From NCBI RefSeq assembly GCF_006345805.1, contig NW_021834598.1, positions 1-47,082 of the forward strand: a stretch of DNA of 47,082 nt, given 5' to 3'. Numbering within the stretch: the first letter of the stretch is position 1; every line of letters begins with the position of its first letter. Of this stretch, positions 22,433 to 34,595 are shown one piece after another. The translations under genes and the position numbers were made by a program. The notes under the pieces are model-generated. The model saw only the letters and a program-made list of their open reading frames with translations. It did not search any database and was not told the origin of the DNA. This DNA comes from Octopus sinensis. Taxonomy: Eukaryota.

Positions 22433-23385
22433 TAGTTTCAACTCAGAGCTATGGCCATGCTGGAGCACCGCCGTTTTGCTACATTGTTATTACTGAGAGC
22501 CTCCTCTAATATGTTGCCCTTGGTGAAGAACGGAGTTTGATGTAACGACCCTCATTTGCATCTCTTGCCGTGAGATAGGTTCATCTGGGACTCTCGACAG
22601 GAAGCTGTCCAGCCTTGATTTAAGAAAGCCTTCATCTACTTTGTGCAGGTTCCTCAGGCTCTTTGGGAGAATGTTAAAAAGCTGTAGGCCCTTGAAACCC
22701 AGGCAGTTACAGTAACTGGTCCTAAAGCGCGGTGGCATTGCTGGGATCTTTGGCACTATGCAATGTAGACCCATTCTGGCATTGGTGTAGCTTTCAATGC
22801 CAAAATTTGGCACACTTCCTTCCAGGGTCTTCCAGATGTATATTACTGCACACCTCTCCTGCCTTCGCTCCAGGGAGTAGAGTCTTAGCTGTGTCAGCCT
22901 AATAGCTGAGCTGTTGCAAAGAGACGATCTTTGTGAAGCTTCGCTGGATTGTTTCAAGGTCCGCTGTTAATTTTACACAGTTGGGTGACCATAGCAGGGA
23001 GCAGTAATCCAGCTGGCTGAGGACGAATGTCCTCCAGAGGACCACATGGTTTCCTTATATCTGGTTCTGAATGTTCTCAGGATCCAGCCAGCCAGTCGTC
23101 TGCACTTTGTCGCTATCCTGGTAATGTGCACTTGGAAAGAGGTATCATCATTCATGTCGATACACAGGTCCCTCACTGATCTAGGCTCTGGGATTGTAAT
23201 TCCCTGTGGATCAGTGCACCATGTAAGTTTCATATTCAGTTTTGGACGCTGGTAGCGCAGGGCTTGGATTTTTTCAGCATTAAACTGCATATTATTATCC
23301 TCAGCCCAACTCCTGCTGCAGATGTACAACATCGCTGGGGTTCTGTATTTTCTGCGAGACTTTCGTATCGTCGTCTGGAGGAGAT
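22433..23385 (-). mobile_element. CR1-like LINE, 5'-truncated
   Basis: DDTKVSQKI, WAEDNNMQFNAEK, GWILRTF, YSLERRQERC, LQLFNILPKSLRNL, LDSFLSRVPDEP; homologous to 45060-46008. Confidence 0.85.
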
Positions 23386-23413
23386 GTCTTCCTGGGGCTA
23401 TAAACTATATATA

Positions 23414-23603
23414 TTTAGCGGCATTTCGTCTGTCTTTATGTTCTGAGTTCAAATTCCGCCGAGGTCGACTTTGCCTTTCATTCCTTTGGGTTCGATAAAT
23501 AAAGTACCAGTTATGCACTGGGATCGACGTAATCGACTTAATCCCTTTGTCTGTCCTTGTTTGTCCCCTCTTTGTTTAGCCCCTTGTGGGCAATAAAGAA
23601 ATA
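23414..23603 (+). mobile_element. SINE-A1, 5'-truncated, abutting the head of another SINE-A
   Basis: Ends AAAGAAATA followed directly by AGAAACTTTAGCATGCCGGGCG. Confidence 0.8.
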
Positions 23604-24030
23604 AGAAACTTTAGCATGCCGGGCGAAATGCTTAGCGGTATTTCGTCTATTTAAGGCGGCGAGCTGGCAGTAACGTTAGTACGCCGGGCGAAATGCGTAG
23701 CCGTATTTGGTCTGCCGTTTCGTTCTGAGTTCAAATTTCGCCGAGGTCGACTTTGCCTTTCATGCTTTCGGAGTCGATAAATTAAGTACCAGTTACGCAC
23801 TGGGGTCAATGTAATCGACTTAATCCGTTTGTCTGTCCTTGTTTGTCTCCTCTGTTTATCCCCTTGTGGGTAGTAAAGAAATAGAAATAGGTATTTCGTC
23901 TGTCTTTACGTTCTGAGTACAAATTCCATCGAGGTCAACTTTGCTTTTCATCCTTTCGGGGTCGATAAATAAAGTACCAGTTGCTGGTCCCTCTCCCCAA
24001 ATTTCGGGCCTTGTGCCTAGAGTAGAAAAA
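23604..24030 (+). mobile_element. SINE-A (tail type 3) host split by a nested A1
   Basis: 23604-23648 and 23902-24030 rejoin into one copy. Confidence 0.85.
23649..23889 (+). mobile_element. Full-length SINE-A1 nested in a SINE-A head, 12-bp TSD
   Basis: GGTATTTCGTCT at 23637-23648 and 23890-23901; element runs ATTTAAGGCGGCGAGC...GTAAAGAAATAGAAATA. Confidence 0.92.
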
Positions 24031-24039
24031 GAATCTACA

Positions 24040-24170
24040 CGGTGGAGGCACGTGGCACAGTGGTGTTGGATTCATTATCGCGAGGTTGTGGTGTTAGTTC
24101 CAGGTGATGCTTTCTGTTCTTGAGCAAAACGCTTCATTTTATTTTGCCCCAGCCTACTCAGCTGGCAAAA
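24040..24170 (+). mobile_element. Diverged SINE-B-like 5' part
   Basis: GTGGAGGCACGTGGC..AGTGGT...GTTCTTGAGCAAAAC...ACTCAGCTG. Confidence 0.5.
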
Positions 24171-24343
24171 GAAAGAAAAGAAAAAAATTAGTATTTCTCT
24201 GACGGACTGACGTTGGAGCTTTATTCTCTTTTGTTGTTGTTGTGTGATGGCCGCAACGACGATGATTATGGTAACTGCTTCTAATGTTAGCCCGAGGTCA
24301 GCGATTTTAGTGAGCGGGTGAGAGTCTGTACCATTGACCTGAA

Positions 24344-24475
24344 GAATCAACTGGTACTTTTTATTTTATCGAACCTCAAATAAATTGACCCTAGTGAAAT
24401 TTGAAACTCGGACGTAAGGAACCGGAAGAAACGCTGCTAAGCATTTTGTCCAACGCACTAAAAATTCATTCGATT
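24344..24475 (-). mobile_element. Diverged SINE-A
   Basis: CAACTGGTACTTTTT..TTATCGA..GAAATTTGAA..GCTAAGCATTTTGTCC. Confidence 0.5.
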
Positions 24476-24522
24476 CACTGTCCTTAAATATTCCTAATGC
24501 AAGAGTAAGACTTCAGGTTGAA

Positions 24523-24710
24523 ACTCGCAGAATTGTTAGCTTTGGGGCATTTCAAACGTTTTAATGTTTGGAGTTCAAATTTCGCTGATATCGACTTTGG
24601 CTTTCGTTCAATCGGAGTCGATAAAATACGTATTATTTAGCACTGGGGTCGATGTAGTCGACTTGTCTCCTCCCTCAAAATTACTGGCTTTGAGTTAAAA
24701 TGTGACACCA
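24523..24710 (+). mobile_element. Diverged SINE-A
   Basis: GAGTTCAAATTT...GTCGATAAAAT...GCACTGGGGTCGATGTAGTCGAC. Confidence 0.6.
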
Positions 24711-24713
24711 ATA

Positions 24714-24950
24714 CAGTAATCCCTCGCCATATTGCGATTCACCTATCGCGCACTCACTACATCGCGGTTCAGCTTTGGAGCACTCACTACATCGCGGATT
24801 TTTCTGGCTAATATATGTAAATTTATATCGCGGACTCCTCAGTATATCGCGTGTCTCTGCGGCTGATAGGTATTTATATTTTTTTAAGATTTTAATTATT
24901 TCTGTGGGAGGTTTTGGAACGTAACACTCGCGATAGTCGAGGGATTTCTG
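24714..24950. mobile_element. Tigger/pogo-like MITE (237 bp)
   Basis: TA-CAGTAATCCCTCG...CGAGGGATTTCTG-TA; internal GCACTCACTACATCGCGG twice. Confidence 0.85.
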
Positions 24951-24952
24951 TA

Positions 24953-25163
24953 CAGGACTAAGACTTGATATTTGGAGGAAGGGGTTAGTTGACTATGTCG
25001 ACCCTAGTACTTGGCTGGGTCGTTAATTCATCAAACTCGAAAAGAACAAAGGCAAAGTTGACCTCGGCAGGATGTGAACTTTGAAGTAAAGAGTTGCGGA
25101 ATAAATACCGCTTAGTGTTTTGTCCGGTGCATTGACGAACGGTTCATCAATTCGCTGTCTAAG
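24953..25163 (-). mobile_element. Diverged SINE-A
   Basis: AAAGGCAAAGTTGACCTCGGCAGGATGTGAAC...ATACCGCTTAG. Confidence 0.6.
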
Positions 25164-25183
25164 TAATAATGATAATATTAATA

Positions 25184-25630
<447 letters not shown>

Positions 25631-25727
25631 CGCAATAACAACAACAACAACAACAACAACAATAACAACAACAACAACAACAACGATAATAATAATAAAA
25701 ATAATAATGATGATGATGATAAGAATA

Positions 25728-26115
25728 GTTTCAAATTTTGGTACTAGGCCAGAAGTTTTGAAGGCAGGGGCTACACTGGTACTTATTGTATCGAACCCCG
25801 AAAGTCGATCTCGGCGAAATTTGAACTCATAATGTAGAGACGGATTAAATGCCTCTAAGCGTTTTGTCCGGCGCGCTAACGATTCTGCCAATCTTTCACA
25901 TTTTAGCATAAGGCCAGAAGTTTCTCGGGAGGGGTAAAGTCAAATATATCGACTCCAGTGCGTAACTGGTACTTATTTTGTCGGTCATGAAAGGCAAAGT
26001 CAGGATGAAAGGCAAAGTCGACCTCGAGAGAATTCGAACTCAGAATTTAAAGAAGATCTAAATGCCGTTAAGGTGTGTGTCCGATGTGGAAAGGATTCTG
26101 TGAGTCAGCCATCTT
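25728..26115 (-). mobile_element. Two adjacent SINE-A copies
   Basis: Two runs of tail-body-head reverse complement (25728-25893; 25902-26115). Confidence 0.7.
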
Positions 26116-26629
26116 GATAATGATTATAATAATGACATTGACAATAACAATAATGATAATAACAATTGCAGGAGCAACAATAATAATTAACACCCTATTT
26201 CTTAGAAAAAAAAAAGTGTGGCGGAGGGGATCTTGTCTTGTGACAAGGCAAAGGAAATCAATAATTATTCGGCGCCATATCTACGAGCTAAATACGCAAT
26301 GGTCGATGTATCGAAACGAATCATAGCGAATCAATAGGAACACCATTGATTTCAGTTGCTTTTGATAAGAAGATATTTACACCTATTCTGCTGCATTATC
26401 CGGTCTAGAGATTTAACAGTGAAGCAAAAATTATTGAGCCGAACAATTGCTTCAATGGAAAACAAACAAAGCAAAACATAAACAAAATAACTAGAAAAAC
26501 AAAACACGACGAAAATAATACGAAAACAAGGTAAAAAAAAAACACAATACAATAAAGAAGAAAGAAAAGACAATAATTTTTTCCAATATGTCGCAAGTGA
26601 AGTACGACTAATAGAACGGTAGGAAGACG

Positions 26630-26635
26630 GAGAGA

Positions 26636-26675
<40 letters not shown>

Positions 26676-26869
26676 ACCAGAGAGAGAGAGATGGAAACAT
26701 TGACAGAGAAAGAGTGAGGGAGAGAGAGAGAAAGAGATGGAGACATTGACAGAGAAAGAGTGAGGGAGAGAGAGAGAGTGAGTGAGAGAGAAAAAGAACG
26801 AGAGAAATATATATATTTATATATACATTTATATACACACACATATATATATATTATTATATTATACAT

Positions 26870-26902
<33 letters not shown>

Positions 26903-27006
26903 GATACACACACTCATACACACACACATATATATATATATGCAGAGAGAGAGAGAGAGAGAGAAAGAAGAGAAAAAGAGAGGTATATATTGAAAGAAGA
27001 AAAACG

Positions 27007-27052
<46 letters not shown>

Positions 27053-27192
27053 TGAGAGAGAGAGAGAGAAAGAGAGAGAAAGAGGGAAAGAGAAAGAAAG
27101 AGAGGATATGTGTGTGTGAGTGTGTGTGTGTGTGTGTGTGTATGTGTGTGTGTGTGTGTTGTGTGTGTGTGTGTGTGGTGTGTGTGTGTGTA
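26630..27192. repeat. (GA)/(TA)/(TG) block with a 46-bp tandem duplication
   Basis: ATGGA.ACATTGACAGAGAAAGAGTGAGGG at 26691 and 26737. Confidence 0.9.
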
Positions 27193-27797
27193 TAAAGGAA
27201 CCAACTTCAAAAGGAAAGCGTCAAAATTTACATACATTTCCAGAAATGTAACCGTATGAAATGTCTCAGAGAAAATTATGTCTTTTTTTTTTTTCCAAGA
27301 CCAATGTTTTCATTTTTTTCCTTTTATTTAACGCTGCGAACACTCAAGCAATGGGAGGAAGTGCATGGAGTATCTTTTCTTGTATAGAAAGGTAATATGT
27401 ATGTTTTTTTTTTGGTATTTTCTGTGCGATTTTCCTTCTCTCTTCCCGAACGATAAAAAGTACTTTTAATATGATTAACTATTGAAAAGGACTAAAGAAG
27501 TTGAATGTAAAACAAGTGAAGAGTTGCACATGACTCTTCTTCATCTGAAGAAGATATAACTAACGATTGCAGTGACGGTGGCCGACGAAGGCGGCGATGA
27601 CGGCGACTACATGACACGGCACACGACACCGAAGACTTACGTAAAATGACGGAGGTGCCAGTTACTGTGTATGTATGTATTTGCGTTTTAAAATGGCTCC
27701 ATCGAGGTGTATCGTGTTGATAGCTTGTAAGACGTGCGGGTATATTTGAAGCACCCCGATTTTGAGTAGCGTTTATTCGGGCAAAAGGTATTTAGAG

Positions 27798-28768
27798 CAA
27801 GCATGTCAAACACTGTGGCCTTTTCGAAACACTAGTGGGACTCCGCGAGTGGCGTGGCTAAAGATTTGAAATTGGGGTAAACCAAAAAAATTTAATTTTT
27901 GAAATAATTAATGATAATTTGATTAATAAAAGTAGGATTTATTGATTAGCAAATAATATGTTTTAAAAGATTTTTACTTAATAATAGAGAATTGATATGA
28001 ATGAAGTATTGGAAGCACTCCGTCGGTTACGACGACGAGGGTTCCGGTTGATCCGATCAACGGAACAGCCTGCTCGTGAAATTAACATGTAAGTGGCTGA
28101 GCACTCCACAGACACGTGTACCCATAACGTAGTTCTCGGGGATATTCAGCGTGACACAGAGAGTGACAAGGCCGGCCCTTTGAAATACAGGTACAACAGA
28201 GACAGGAAGTAAGAGTGAGAGAAAGCTGTGGTGAAAGAGTACAGCAGGGATCACCACCATCCCCTGCCGGAGCCTCGTGGAGCTTTATGTGTTTTCGCTC
28301 AATAAACAATCACAACGCCCGGTCTGGGAATCGAAACCGCGATCCTATGACCGCGAGTCCGCTGCCCTAACCACTGGGCCATTGCGCCTCCACTATGAAT
28401 GAAGTATTTCTTGCAAAAGTGTATTCAACATGAAAATTGCAGCATGGCTGAGAGATAGCGCCGTCAGACATGGAACACAAACCATCATATAACTAGTTTT
28501 ATTTTTGTCTTCCGTTTTATTCTGATATGCGCATTGCGTTTTTATTCTTCTCTCCCGTTGCACGAATTGTGTGCACATGTACATTGCATGTTCATATTTC
28601 TCTTTCCAGTTCCTACTCAAAACTGTTTACAGATCACAACCATCTCAAGAAACTGCGTTCGTTATGAGTGCTAGCGCTCCGATGGCCATGAAAAGATATA
28701 TGCAGACCCCATGGCAAGAAGTATGTGAGCAATGCGGCCCATAGAGACTCAGCAGTTTAACGTGCCAG
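27798..28768 (-). mobile_element. hAT (Charlie-like) non-autonomous element
   Basis: TIRs CAAGCATGTCAAAC / GTTTAACGTGCCAG (10/14), 8-bp TSD ATTTAGAG / GTTTAGAG; weak minus-strand YMCTQF remnant resembling hAT C-terminal STYLCEQLF. Confidence 0.7.
28011..28393 (-). mobile_element. SINE-D, full length (383 bp), nested in the hAT element
   Basis: Perfect 15-bp TSD TATGAATGAAGTATT (27996-28010, 28394-28408); tRNA-like head with A and B boxes. Confidence 0.92.
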
Positions 28769-28782
28769 GTTTAGAGTATTAA

Positions 28783-29004
28783 CCCTTGAACTGCAAAAAT
28801 CAGATATTTCCACTCAAAATTTCATTACCCTTAACTGCAGAGAGCGTTTGTGTATGCCATCTTTTGGTGAAGAATGTCATGTTTGAAACTACCTTTTATT
28901 AAGACACGTTGTGACATGTTAAGTTTTTGGGGGCAACGTAGCTTACAGAAAATATCAATTGAAATTTTGGAATAACCACGAAATTTAATTTTGCCGTGAA
29001 AGGA
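28783..29004. mobile_element. piggyBac-like MITE
   Basis: TTAA-CCCTTGAACTGCAAAAAT...ATTTTGCCGTGAAAGGA-TTAA (about 13/17 inverted match). Confidence 0.55.
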
Positions 29005-29014
29005 TTAAATGTTG

Positions 29015-29235
29015 ATATGCTGGCCACATCTCGAGACTGAAGGACAGCTGATTGACAATCAAGGTGATGAATGGACACCAAGACAATGGACAAGACCAAG
29101 AGGCTGATCAAAGAAAAGATAGTGAGATGATTTCACTCGCTACCTGAGGCCTTCATGCCAAGACTGGCCAAAAGCAAAACATGGAAGGAATCTAGGGAGG
29201 TGTACCTCCTTCAGAAGTAATGAATCGCTGGTTGA
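29015..29235 (+). mobile_element. RTE-like LINE 3' fragment
   Basis: YAGHISRLKD...EWTPRQWTRPRG*SKKR**DD matches the RTE C-terminal pattern WAGHxxR...EWxPRxxKRxRGRPxxRWxDD. Confidence 0.7.
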
Positions 29236-29502
29236 GTTGAACTGAGTGAAAGGTAAAAGCATGTGATATTTAAAGCAAATTTGCTGATTTTTTAGAGACG
29301 TTAAAAAAAAATGTTAATCTTATATGCCATCGGTTACGGTATATCTTTCAGTCAAATCTGATCGCATATCTGTTCGTACAATGAAATAATTCCAAAACGG
29401 TTTGTGCTCGATGTGGAAATGAACTGAGATGTTTTCGTCAAGGTTTTAATGGATAAGTTTTGTTTTTCATCTTTCAGCATATAATTCATTTTGCATTTTA
29501 TT

Positions 29503-30482
29503 GATTAGCTATGGTAACATTTTATTGGATATCTACAGTAACATTTTAATGGCTATCAGTTGTAACATTTTAATTGCTACCATTTGTAACTTTTTAACGG
29601 GTATCCATTGAGAAATTCTAATAGCTGTAATTTGTAAATACACTTCGAGGTGATTTGTTAAGCATTTAAAACAAAACTAACGGAATAAATGTCTGTAGAA
29701 AATCCAGAAGGAAGGACCCTTAGGCTCATATGTATGGTTACATTTAGTCAATATTTGGCACCCCTTGTGGCCTCATGGATACTGTGAACGCATTGGCTTG
29801 TCATTTCTTCGTTGAGAGAAGTTAAGTGTATTTCGGGATAGGCTCTTGCTTCTGGAAACAACCGTGGTTGAAAAGCAAACTTCTAACCACACAGCCACGA
29901 CTTTTAAAATTTTAATAGCTATATTTGTAACATTTTATAACAATCTATCCTAGCATTTTAATATCTATTAATTATAGCATTAGCATTTTAATGGGATTCT
30001 ATTGTAAGATTCTAATCATCAACTTTAGTAACATTTTAATGAGAATCCATCGTAACATGTTAATGTTTTCCAATTTTAGCATTGTAATAGCTATCGTAGC
30101 ATTTTAATGGCAATACATTGTAACATTCTAATCTCCATCTATTGCAGCATTTTAATGGTAATCCATCGTAACATTTTAATGTCTATCAATAATAGCATTT
30201 TAAATTTTAATGGCAATCCATCTTAAATTTCGATTCGCCATATATTGTAGCATTTTAATGGCAATCCATCGTAACAGTCTAATGACCATCTATTGTAATA
30301 TTTTAATTGCTATGCAACGTAACATTCTAATGACTATCAATTGTAACATTGTAATCACTATCCATCATAACGTTTTAATAGTTATCAATTGCCGCATTTT
30401 AATTGCTATCTAAGGTAACAGTCGAATGGCTACATATCGCAAAATATTAATTGCTATCCATGGTAGCATTTAAATGATTATC
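29503..30482. repeat. Degenerate 24-bp minisatellite (consensus near TAATGGCTATCCATTGTAACATTT) interrupted at ~29640-29905
   Basis: Recurring GTAACATTTTAAT; 8-aa periodicity of ORF 30210-30413. Confidence 0.85.
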
Positions 30483-31608
30483 CCTTTCTTCTGTTGAGTT
30501 GCTGAAATAAAGATAAAAACCCATTACGTTCCTAATCCCCTGCTATCCAATAACGGAAAACAACGACGGAAAATCATTTGGTTCCATCCCTTATTCTCGT
30601 TAAACGTCAATTCTAACATAACCAATCATTTCTTAGGCTAATTAATATGCATTTCCTGATTAACCAACGTTATAGGAAATTATTTAATAGAAACAATTTG
30701 AGATTAAATTAAAATTGCTCATCAAACATGAAAATATAATTACAATAAATCCAACAAAACCACCAGGATTAAATTATTCCTGCAAAAGCAAATATTTATG
30801 CTCTCTCCAGCAGTCCTGCAATGCTAAAGCAATTATCTACGCGGTCGAGGTTATCTCCATGAAACGAAACTTAGATACTGTTAATAAATATTATGCCATA
30901 ACGGTGGAAAGTAAATCCAAATGCTACTATTTCAATCACACTTCCTTTAGAAATATAGTGAAGATATATGTCAACAAACAATCGAACTATATTTAGAAAT
31001 TTAAAAAACAAAAACTGAAATGGAATTAAATTTGACAACCGCTGGAAAAACTTTTCAAAGATATAAGTATTTTATAACTTAGAGCTTAGATTATATAACT
31101 CAGAAAGGAATTTACTCCAAAGTAATCTCAAACATCGAAATGTCTATTTAAAAGTCAGATACAAGTTTGTCAATAAATGCAGACATTTCAGAAAATATCT
31201 ATCACAAAGCTGAGAAACTACAAGATCGCATGACTAAAAGTGAATTCACAACGCCGATAAATATAATGTATTTATACGTGTATTTTCAGACAATATAAAG
31301 CATTAAGAAAATTGTAAACATAAACAGCTAAAGTAAAACTGATTCCATAGATACCAAATATTACACATTTTCCTATTATACGTTTTATGTGCATGTGTAA
31401 CCGGAGGTTGACTTTAGAAAACTGTATTACATGAGTCGAAGACGTATCATTTTCAAATTCATTTGGTGATTCCTATGCGCAAAGTTTTTGTAGTGGATGC
31501 AACACTTTAAGTCATGGACTGTTACATCAGCAGTAAGTAATCTACTACAATAACTATTCCACTTTACTCCGTGTATTGAGCACGCATATTTTAATAGTGA
31601 AACACATT

Positions 31609-31609
<1 letters not shown>

Positions 31610-31658
<49 letters not shown>

Positions 31659-31674
31659 ACGTGTATATATATAT

Positions 31675-31714
<40 letters not shown>

Positions 31715-32613
31715 ATAATATATGTATGTATATATGTATACGTGTATAATATATGTATATATATATATATATAAATATTATATATACATATATACATATA
31801 ATATATAATAGAATATGTATATGCATGTGAGTGTGTGTACGTGTATGTATAAATATATATATACCACACATACATACGTATATACACATCGATATATGTG
31901 TACATACACTCATTTACACAGGAACACACAAATATCGCATATATATAAAAAAAAGAAGGTTGTTAAGAATATCTAATGCATATTGAAATGCACATTTGCA
32001 TAAACTACAACGAAGTAAAAAAAATCGATAAGTTAAATAATAATAATAATGATGATAATAATAATAATAATAAATAATAATAATAATAATAATAGAAAAG
32101 AAGAAGAAGAAAAAAGAATGAAGAAGAAGAGAAGGAGGAGGAGATAAGAAGAAGGAAGAAGAAGAAAAGGTACAGAAGAAGAAGAAGAAGAAGAAGAAGA
32201 AGAAAAAAAAGATAAGAAGAAAGAAGAAAAAGGAAGAAGAAGAAGAAGAAGGAGAAGAAGAAGAAGAAAAAAATCCTAGCAATAACCACGACTGCAATAA
32301 CAATAACAACAGCAATAATAATAGCAACAACAGCAGCCACAAATATAATAATAATAATAGTAATATAATAGTAATAATAATAGTATAAAATATAATAATG
32401 ATAATAATGATAATAATAATTAATAATAATAATAGTAATAATTAATAATAATAATAATAAAATAATAATAATAATAATAATATAATAATAATAGTAATAA
32501 TAATAATAATAATGATAATAATGATAATAATAATAATATAATAGTAATAATAATAGCATCGATAGCAATAATATTAATAACAAGAATAATAACAACAACA
32601 ACAACACAACAAC

Positions 32614-32644
<31 letters not shown>

Positions 32645-32760
32645 TAATAATGATAGTAATAATAATAGCTACGATAGCAATAATATTAATAACAAGAATA
32701 ATAATAACAATAATAATAGCAATAATGATAACAATAATAACAGCGTTAATAACAAGAAAT
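31610..32760. repeat. (TA), (TAA), (GAA), (CAA) blocks
   Basis: Visible runs. Confidence 0.95.
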
Positions 32761-33409
32761 GATAACAACTAAATGGAAATAACTCTTCTATCTTTTCAAT
32801 GTTGCTTCAAATTGATATAAGTCGCTATCATAACTTGGCGATTATTCTTTATTTATTTATTTATTGTATCTGTTGTTGGTCTCCATTTTTTTTTTCCATC
32901 TTCCGTTCTTTACAACTTTTTAATCACGCTATAAAAATATTTTTTTTTGGAGGAAAAAAAAAAGAAAACAAAAAATGAATAAATGAACAGGACAAAAAAA
33001 TAAACAACAACAACAGCAACAAAATTGAATGTATTAATAAAAAAAACGGTTAAGAAGATAAAAGAACAAAAATGAAAACATGAAACAACAACAACAAAAA
33101 AAAAGTAAAGAAAACGAAATTTTTAATGTATTTTATTAAAATAAAATTTTAAAAAACGTAGAAAAAAAAACGACAAGCGGAAAAAGATAAAAAAAAGATG
33201 AATATAAACACGAGAAAATAAAACATGTTACATTAACTATAAAATTAACTGAAATTTCTTGTCCAACTTTCTCGAATATAATTTTTCTTTTATTTCTCCC
33301 TCAATTCTTGTTCTGAAATCAAATCATCTGTCATTTATTCAGACAACAACAACAACAATAATAATAATGTTGATTGATGATTGAAGATGATGATGATACT
33401 AATAATAAT

Positions 33410-33624
33410 GATTACAAATTATGCTACCAAGGGCAGCAATTTAGAGTGAGGGGATGAGTCGATTACATCGACCCCAGTGTCTCACTGGTACTTATTTTAT
33501 CGACCCCGAAAGGATGAAAGGTTAAAGTCGACCTCGGTGGGGATTTGAATTCAGAACGTAGTCACGGGCGAAATACAGCCAAGCATTTCGTCCTGCGAGC
33601 TAACGATTCTCCAGCTCCACCGCC
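33410..33624 (-). mobile_element. SINE-A, tail type 2
   Basis: Complete reverse-complement body and head. Confidence 0.8.
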
Positions 33625-33916
33625 ATATAAATAATAATAATACTATAATAATAATATAATAATATAATATAATAATAAGAATAGCAATAATAAAATAATA
33701 TGAATGATGATGACGATGATGATATAATAATAATAATAATAATAATAACAATAATAATAATAATAATATAGCAATAATAAAAATAACGATATGATGACGA
33801 TGATGATGATAATAATAATAATAATAAAATAATATAATAATAATCATAATAATAATAAATAATAAGCAATAATAAAAATAATGATGACGATGATGATGAT
33901 GATAATATATAATATA

Positions 33917-33953
<37 letters not shown>

Positions 33954-34290
33954 TAATAATAATATTATAATAAATAATCGCATTTTGGGTCTGCTCATTT
34001 TCCATCACATTGGCCGGGTAGTTCCGGGTTAATAGCTTTGATCTGAGCAGCCAGGATACACCTCGCTCTCTACCTTCGCTCTCTGTTTTAGCCTTGCTCC
34101 GTAGCCACTGATGGGTTTGCTTCTGGTCAACATCTTTGCCTAGGAGTGGGAAGACACTCGGCAAGAAATGGAAGCAAATTGAAAGAAGAAAAAAAAAGTA
34201 ATAATAATAATAATAATAATAATAGCAATAATAAAAATAATGATGATGATGATGACGATGATGATGATAATGATAATAATAATAATAATA

Positions 34291-34330
<40 letters not shown>

Positions 34331-34385
34331 TACAACAACAACGACGACAACAACAACAACAACAACAACAATAATAATAATAGCG
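33625..34385. repeat. (TAA)/(GAT)/(CAA) block
   Basis: Visible runs either side of the R4 fragment. Confidence 0.95.
33979..34165 (-). mobile_element. Internal R4/Dong-like fragment
   Basis: DVDQKQTHQWLRS...TESEG...LLTRNYPANVMEN...ADPKC, region just upstream of the CCHC motif. Confidence 0.7.
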
Positions 34386-34595
34386 ACGAAAGTAATAAAC
34401 GGCAGAAGGCAAACAGCTGTCCGAGTCGTTAAAGTAACTTCATTTCTATTCAAGTTCTCAGTTTTTGTGGCTTGAACATATATTTTACATGTTGGTCTGA
34501 TTATTAGTTACCACCGCCATCAATGAAAAAGAATTGTTTTATCTGTGCAGAGTTCATTGGGTATATTTGTGTGCCTGATGAAGAGAAAAGCCTTT

